A model generated the notes under the pieces. The model saw only the letters and a program-made list of their open reading frames with translations. It was not told where the DNA came from and did no database searches. Shown here piece by piece: positions 59,246 through 64,000 of a stretch of 64,000 nt of DNA (position 1 is the stretch's first letter; each line of letters starts with the position of its first letter). Position numbers and translations under genes: made by a program. The DNA is taken from the IMG/VR virus record IMGVR_UViG_3300025417_000566, positions 15,115-79,114 of that record; one strand, 5' to 3'. Source of the stretch: a virus.

Positions 59246-62200
59246 ATGCTTAGAGATGTATTCTATTACGGAAATAAACCAAACGTTCACCCCAGAGAAA
59301 GATTTGCAGAATCATTAGAAGATGCAAGAGAAAAGTGTACAACCGAACACTTTTGGATCATCAATGAATTCTGTGACTATCGAGGATTCGACTGGGATTT
59401 TGATTTTGAATTCTTACCTGATGAAGAAGTGTGGGCAGAAGAACATAACAATGTCTGGCCCAGCCAACATCAAAAAGACAGTGGCACATGGTTATGCCCC
59501 AAAGAACCAGGTGAAGTTATCATATATCGCAGTGATGTAGACCCTGTTGTTAGAAAAAACGAAAAGAATGATAACTGGGTATTATTAGATAATATAGACG
59601 AATACAAATTTGATTTTAGTTGGCATCCAGACCCAACTGATCCTCCCTATATCTATCGCTGGGGTTCAAAGTTTGCACCAGTACAATTAAAACCTGTATT
59701 AGAATATCATACACCTAATGCAACTGAAGTCAAATACATGGCTACAACAGTTGAACTTACGATTGAAAGAGATAAATGGGTATTCTATCAACAGCCTGAT
59801 CCTAATAAATTTGACTTTACATGGAGACCTAATCCATTGGATCCGCCATACATTTACGTATGGGGTAACAAACATATTGATGGTACATTAAAACCCACTG
59901 TTGAATATCATGTACCAGGCGCAACTGATAAAAAGTACATGCCTGAAAAATTAGAAGTATTACCTGAATGGGACAAGTGGGCGCTTTTAAAAGAAGTAGA
60001 TAAAACAAAATTTGATTTTACATGGAGACCCGACCCACGTGAGCCGGCTTACATTTATACATGGGGCAATAAATACGAACCTGCTGAAATAACACCTACG
60101 TTGCAGTATGTGTGTGATGGTGCTACAGAAATAAAATACATGGGTGATACTATAGATGTGCTACCACAATGGGACAAGTGGGATATCATTTTACCTATAG
60201 ATAAATCTACATTTGATTTTACATGGAGACCTGATCCACGTGAACCTAATTTAAATTATGTGTTTGGCAATGACCAGTATGATAGTACTATCATGCCTAC
60301 ACTTATCTATAAGATGGAAGGTGCTACAGATGAAAAGCACATGCCAAGTAACACAAAGTTATTACCACAAAAGCAAAACTTTGAATTTTTAGAAAACAGC
60401 GATGGCATTGATTATAGTTGGGTACCTAATCCAACTGCGCCTCCTTATATCTATGCATGGGGCAATCAATGGAACAAAGCAGAAGATAAGATTAGTATTC
60501 AATATGTAGTTGAAGGTGCAACAGAATATCAATACATGGATGAACGTGCTATTCGTAAATTCTGTATGGATAATTGGATTATTCCTGACAATGTTGACAC
60601 AACAGGCTTTGATTTTAGTTGGGAACCTAATCCTAATGATCCTCCTTATATTTATGAATTTGCTACGCAGTGGCAAAAGACAGGTGGACCTCGCTATGTA
60701 GTAGAGGGTGCAACTGAAACAAAGTACATGGACTTTCAAAAGGCTAAAAAGTTAGTTGATATGACTAACTGGACTATTCCTAAGAATGTTGATGTTAGCA
60801 ACTTTGACTTTAGTTGGCATCCAGATGCAACAAGTCCTCCTTATATCTATAACTTCCCTACGCAATGGGCATTAAGCGGTGGACCAACATATACTGTTCC
60901 TAATGCAACAGAAGTAAAATACGTAGATGATCAATCGGCAAAGGCAATTCCTAATAAAGATAATTGGGATTTTGATCCAACGTTGATTGACGAAAACAGT
61001 TTTGATTTTAGTTGGCATCCGTATGCTGAAGACGAACCCTATATCTATCAGTTTGGTACACAGTGGCAAAAAACAGGTGGACCAAGATATATTACACCTG
61101 GAGTACATAAGAACAGTCCAGTTAGTTATGTAGACACACGTGTATTAAAAGCAAAGCGTTTACCTAATCAAAAGAACTGGGCTGTACTTGATAACTTAGT
61201 TATAATTGATTTTGATTATAGTTGGCATCCTGACGAAACAGAAGAACCTTACATTTATCAGTTTGGTAATAACTTGTATCCAGCAGAGATTATGCCAACA
61301 GTAGAGTATAGTGTTCCTAAGGCAAAACAAGTTAAGTATGTTAGTGATATCATTGCTACACTAGGGCAAGATAGAACTAACTGGGAAATCCCCGACAACG
61401 TTGATACTACAGGATTTGATTTTAGTTGGAAGCCTAATCCCAAAGACCCACCCTATATCTATGAGTTTGCAACTCAGTGGCAGAAGACTGGCGGTCCTAA
61501 ATATATTGTAGAAGGTGCAACTGAAACAAAGTATATTGACACATGCAAAGTTAAAAGATTGCCTTCCGAAGAAAACTGGACTGTACCTACTAACATTGAT
61601 ATTACTGATTTTGATTTTAGTTGGCATCCAGATGCGACAAGTCCACCATACATTTATAACTTTGCAACTCAGTGGGCATTAAGTGGTGGTCCTGTATATA
61701 CTGTACCTGGGGCAACAGAAATCAAATATGTAGAAGATCAAACTGCACGTGCATTGCCTGATAAAACGAATTGGCAATACGATAGTAATTTAATTGATGA
61801 AAACAGTTTTGATTTTAGTTGGCATCCCTATGTAGAAGATCAACCTTATATCTATATCTTTGGTACACAATGGCAAAAGACTGGTGGTCCAAAATATATT
61901 ACACCAGGCTGTCATAAAAACAGTCCTGTAAAATATATTGACACACGTATTATTAAAGCAAAACGTTTGCCATCAATGAACCACTGGAATATGATATATG
62001 ATATTGATATGTCAAGTTTTGATTTTAGTTGGCATCCAGATGATACAGATGATCCTTTTATTTACCAATTCGGTAATACACAATATCCTGCAGAAGAAAT
62101 GCCTACAGTAGAGTATTGCGTTGAAGGTGCTAAGAAATTCAAATATGTGTCAGATGTTGTTGCTAAGTTAGCACCTAATACTGATAACTGGATTATACCT

Positions 62201-64000
62201 AAAGGTATAGATACAACTGAATTTGATTTTAGTTGGCATCCACATCCTAAGGATCCTCCTTATATCTATGAGTTTGCAACTCAATGGCAAAAAACAGGTG
62301 GACCACAATACAAAGTATACGGTGCAACTGAAGTCAAGTATGTTTCTGAACCCAAAGCAAAGAAACTACCTAATATGAAAAACTGGGTAGTACCAGACAA
62401 TATTGATGTTGATGGTTTTGATTTTAGTTGGCACCCTGACGATACTGCACCACCTTACACGTATCAATTCCCCACGCAGTGGGCATTGACAGGCGGACCC
62501 GTGTATGTGGTGCCTAATGCAACTATAAAGAAATATGAAGAATGTCAAACAGCAAGAGTTCTTCCTAGTACAAAAAACTGGGAATATGATGCTACACAGA
62601 TTGACGTAAGTTCATTTGACTTTAGTTGGCATCCATATGCAGAAGATGATCCTTTCATTTATCAGTTTGGTACTCAATGGCAAAAGACAGGTGGACCAAA
62701 ATATATTACGCCAGGCACCACTGCTGATAGCCCAGTAAAATACGTAGACACACGTATTATTAAAGCAAAGCGTTTGCCAAACAAAGATAACTTTGTTGTG
62801 CTGCCTGGCTTTAACATTAAAGAGTTTGATTATAGTTGGCATCCAGATGATACTGAACCTGCATACACCTATGTATTTGGTAACGAATGGCATAGTGCAG
62901 AGCGTGAACCTACACTTGAGTATCGTGTAATTAATTCAACAGATAAAAAATATATTAATAATGTATTTGCTAAGTTAACTCCTGATATGAGTTTGTGGGA
63001 TATTCCCGACAACGTTGATATATCTAAGTTTGACTTTAGTTGGCATCCAGACCCACATTCACCACCTTATATCTATGAGTTTGCAACAGTGTGGCAAAAT
63101 CGAGGAGGTCCTAAATACAAAACTCCAGGTGCAACTGAAGTAAAATATATTGAAGACATTAAAGCACCGTTAGTGCCTAGTAAAAAGAATTGGTTGATTC
63201 CTGAAAATGTAGATGTATCAACATTTGATTTTTCATGGGTACCTCATCCACTAGCGCCACCTTATATCTATCAGTTTGGTACAATTTTAGATGAGAAAGA
63301 TGGCCCAAGATATCTTACACCAGGTAATAACGGAGAGATTGTATACTTAGATCGTATTGAAGTTGATCCTGCAACATTAGTTGAAGTAAAGATTGGTCAA
63401 TACTTTATTGATACAACACTTGAAGATTTAGTAAAGAAACATCCTGACGAAATCTTTTGGGCGATGCAAAAAAACATTGACTATTCTACATTTGATTTTG
63501 CATGGAGACCTGAAGTTATCAACATTGCTTGGGAATCTGATTACGTTAACGTGTTCGGTTCACCTGATAGTGAAGTTACGCAGACATACTTTGTTAATGC
63601 AAAGTCTTATTTGAAAGGCAAAACAGATTTCAAATTTATTGAGGAGACTGCAATTGATGATAAGTCATTGGCTAAACTGTTTAAAAAGCCAGACATGTTC
63701 TACGTTGACAAAGGCAATAAAGAATCATCAGCACGTTTTGAATTACTCAAAGCCAAGTTCCCGCACATTCAAAAGACACGTTATCTAAACAGTTGGGTAG
63801 ACACAATCAATCGTTGTACTAATCGTGCAACCACTCCCATATTATGGATATTGAATAGTGAGTTAGATTACAGTAACTTTGACTTTGAATACTATCCTAA
63901 CCCTTGGCAGATGAAAATGGTTCATGTATTTGGTACTCAATGGAGTCATTGGGGAACCACATTCATGGTCAATCGTGAAACGTTTAGCAATGATACCAAA
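59246..64000 (+). CDS. Large repeat protein (>1585 aa, runs off the window; absent from the ORF track) with ~19 tandem FDFSWxP repeats flanked by degenerate GT-A-like segments
   Basis: ATG at 59246 (MLRDVFYYGNKPNVHPRE...). The repeats and the last codons (...FMVNRETFSNDTK) are in the same frame, and I saw no stop. Repeat core FDF(S/T)WxPxxxxPPYIYxF(G/A)xQW. Confidence 0.85.
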   Translation, partial: MLRDVFYYGNKPNVHPRERFAESLEDAREKCTTEHFWIINEFCDYRGFDWDFDFEFLPDEEVWAEEHNNVWPSQHQKDSGTWLCPKEPGEVIIYRSDVDPVVRKNEKNDNWVLLDNIDEYKFDFSWHPDPTDPPYIYRWGSKFAPVQLKPVLEYHTPNATEVKYMATTVELTIERDKWVFYQQPDPNKFDFTWRPNPLDPPYIYVWGNKHIDGTLKPTVEYHVPGATDKKYMPEKLEVLPEWDKWALLKEVDKTKFDFTWRPDPREPAYIYTWGNKYEPAEITPTLQYVCDGATEIKYMGDTIDVLPQWDKWDIILPIDKSTFDFTWRPDPREPNLNYVFGNDQYDSTIMPTLIYKMEGATDEKHMPSNTKLLPQKQNFEFLENSDGIDYSWVPNPTAPPYIYAWGNQWNKAEDKISIQYVVEGATEYQYMDERAIRKFCMDNWIIPDNVDTTGFDFSWEPNPNDPPYIYEFATQWQKTGGPRYVVEGATETKYMDFQKAKKLVDMTNWTIPKNVDVSNFDFSWHPDATSPPYIYNFPTQWALSGGPTYTVPNATEVKYVDDQSAKAIPNKDNWDFDPTLIDENSFDFSWHPYAEDEPYIYQFGTQWQKTGGPRYITPGVHKNSPVSYVDTRVLKAKRLPNQKNWAVLDNLVIIDFDYSWHPDETEEPYIYQFGNNLYPAEIMPTVEYSVPKAKQVKYVSDIIATLGQDRTNWEIPDNVDTTGFDFSWKPNPKDPPYIYEFATQWQKTGGPKYIVEGATETKYIDTCKVKRLPSEENWTVPTNIDITDFDFSWHPDATSPPYIYNFATQWALSGGPVYTVPGATEIKYVEDQTARALPDKTNWQYDSNLIDENSFDFSWHPYVEDQPYIYIFGTQWQKTGGPKYITPGCHKNSPVKYIDTRIIKAKRLPSMNHWNMIYDIDMSSFDFSWHPDDTDDPFIYQFGNTQYPAEEMPTVEYCVEGAKKFKYVSDVVAKLAPNTDNWIIPKGIDTTEFDFSWHPHPKDPPYIYEFATQWQKTGGPQYKVYGATEVKYVSEPKAKKLPNMKNWVVPDNIDVDGFDFSWHPDDTAPPYTYQFPTQWALTGGPVYVVPNATIKKYEECQTARVLPSTKNWEYDATQIDVSSFDFSWHPYAEDDPFIYQFGTQWQKTGGPKYITPGTTADSPVKYVDTRIIKAKRLPNKDNFVVLPGFNIKEFDYSWHPDDTEPAYTYVFGNEWHSAEREPTLEYRVINSTDKKYINNVFAKLTPDMSLWDIPDNVDISKFDFSWHPDPHSPPYIYEFATVWQNRGGPKYKTPGATEVKYIEDIKAPLVPSKKNWLIPENVDVSTFDFSWVPHPLAPPYIYQFGTILDEKDGPRYLTPGNNGEIVYLDRIEVDPATLVEVKIGQYFIDTTLEDLVKKHPDEIFWAMQKNIDYSTFDFAWRPEVINIAWESDYVNVFGSPDSEVTQTYFVNAKSYLKGKTDFKFIEETAIDDKSLAKLFKKPDMFYVDKGNKESSARFELLKAKFPHIQKTRYLNSWVDTINRCTNRATTPILWILNSELDYSNFDFEYYPNPWQMKMVHVFGTQWSHWGTTFMVNRETFSNDTK
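59570..63330 (+). repeat. Coding tandem repeat, ~195-210-nt unit, with an exact 807-nt four-unit super-repeat
   Basis: FDF/FDY anchors at ~59609, 59810, 60011, 60212, 60407, 60608, 60803, 61001, 61211, 61415, 61610, 61808, 62018, 62222, 62417, 62615, 62825, 63029 and 63224. Confidence 0.9.

Noticed and set aside
32-62893. Numerous 60-116-aa minus-strand and alternate-frame ORFs in the track
   Set aside because: All lie inside longer, motif-bearing + strand genes. They are antisense or frame shadows of biased codon usage and show no recognisable motifs.
59570-63330. Recurrent TTTGATTTTAGTTGG every ~200 nt as a possible CRISPR array
   Set aside because: Spacing is far too long, copies vary at synonymous positions, all are in one reading frame, and there are no cas genes. 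It is a protein repeat.
1-64000. Bacterial contractile injection system (eCIS/tailocin) plus chromosomal polysaccharide locus
   Set aside because: The very high gene density, T4-type gp6/gp25 and giant wedge proteins, T4-late-like motifs and lack of flippase, polymerase or housekeeping genes fit a large phage better. Capsid genes are outside the window, so this is not formally proven.

Overview
A 64-kb segment of a large T4-like (contractile-tailed, probably jumbo) bacteriophage genome. It is AT-rich and gene-dense, and all credible genes lie on the + strand. Positions 1-34785 form a baseplate/tail module: tail-tube-initiator-like, gp53-like, hub, gp5/VgrG-like spike with a very long Gly/Ala/Ser tail, gp25, gp6, a 6475-aa modular virion protein, and fibre/structural proteins. 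Directly downstream, 34836-64000 is a tightly coupled ~29-kb biosynthetic island. It encodes three GT-A-type glycosyltransferase-like proteins, five Twitch/SPASM radical SAM enzymes, two cobalamin-binding radical SAM enzymes, three GT10-like 'TET/TEK' proteins plus a remnant of a fourth, three SGNH-fold proteins, a GDP-mannose 3,5-epimerase, a UDP-glucose dehydrogenase-methyltransferase fusion and a NodU/CmcH carbamoyltransferase. It ends in a >1585-aa protein missing from the ORF track, built from ~19 tandem FDFSWxP repeats with an exact 807-nt higher-order period. A T4-late-promoter-like TAAATA motif precedes genes in both halves. My best inference is a late-expressed, phage-encoded system that builds and heavily tailors a glycan on the virion or tail; DNA or host-surface modification remain alternatives. 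No tRNA, CRISPR array, integrase, transposase or reverse transcriptase was seen. All family assignments come from motif recognition by eye, not from database searches.
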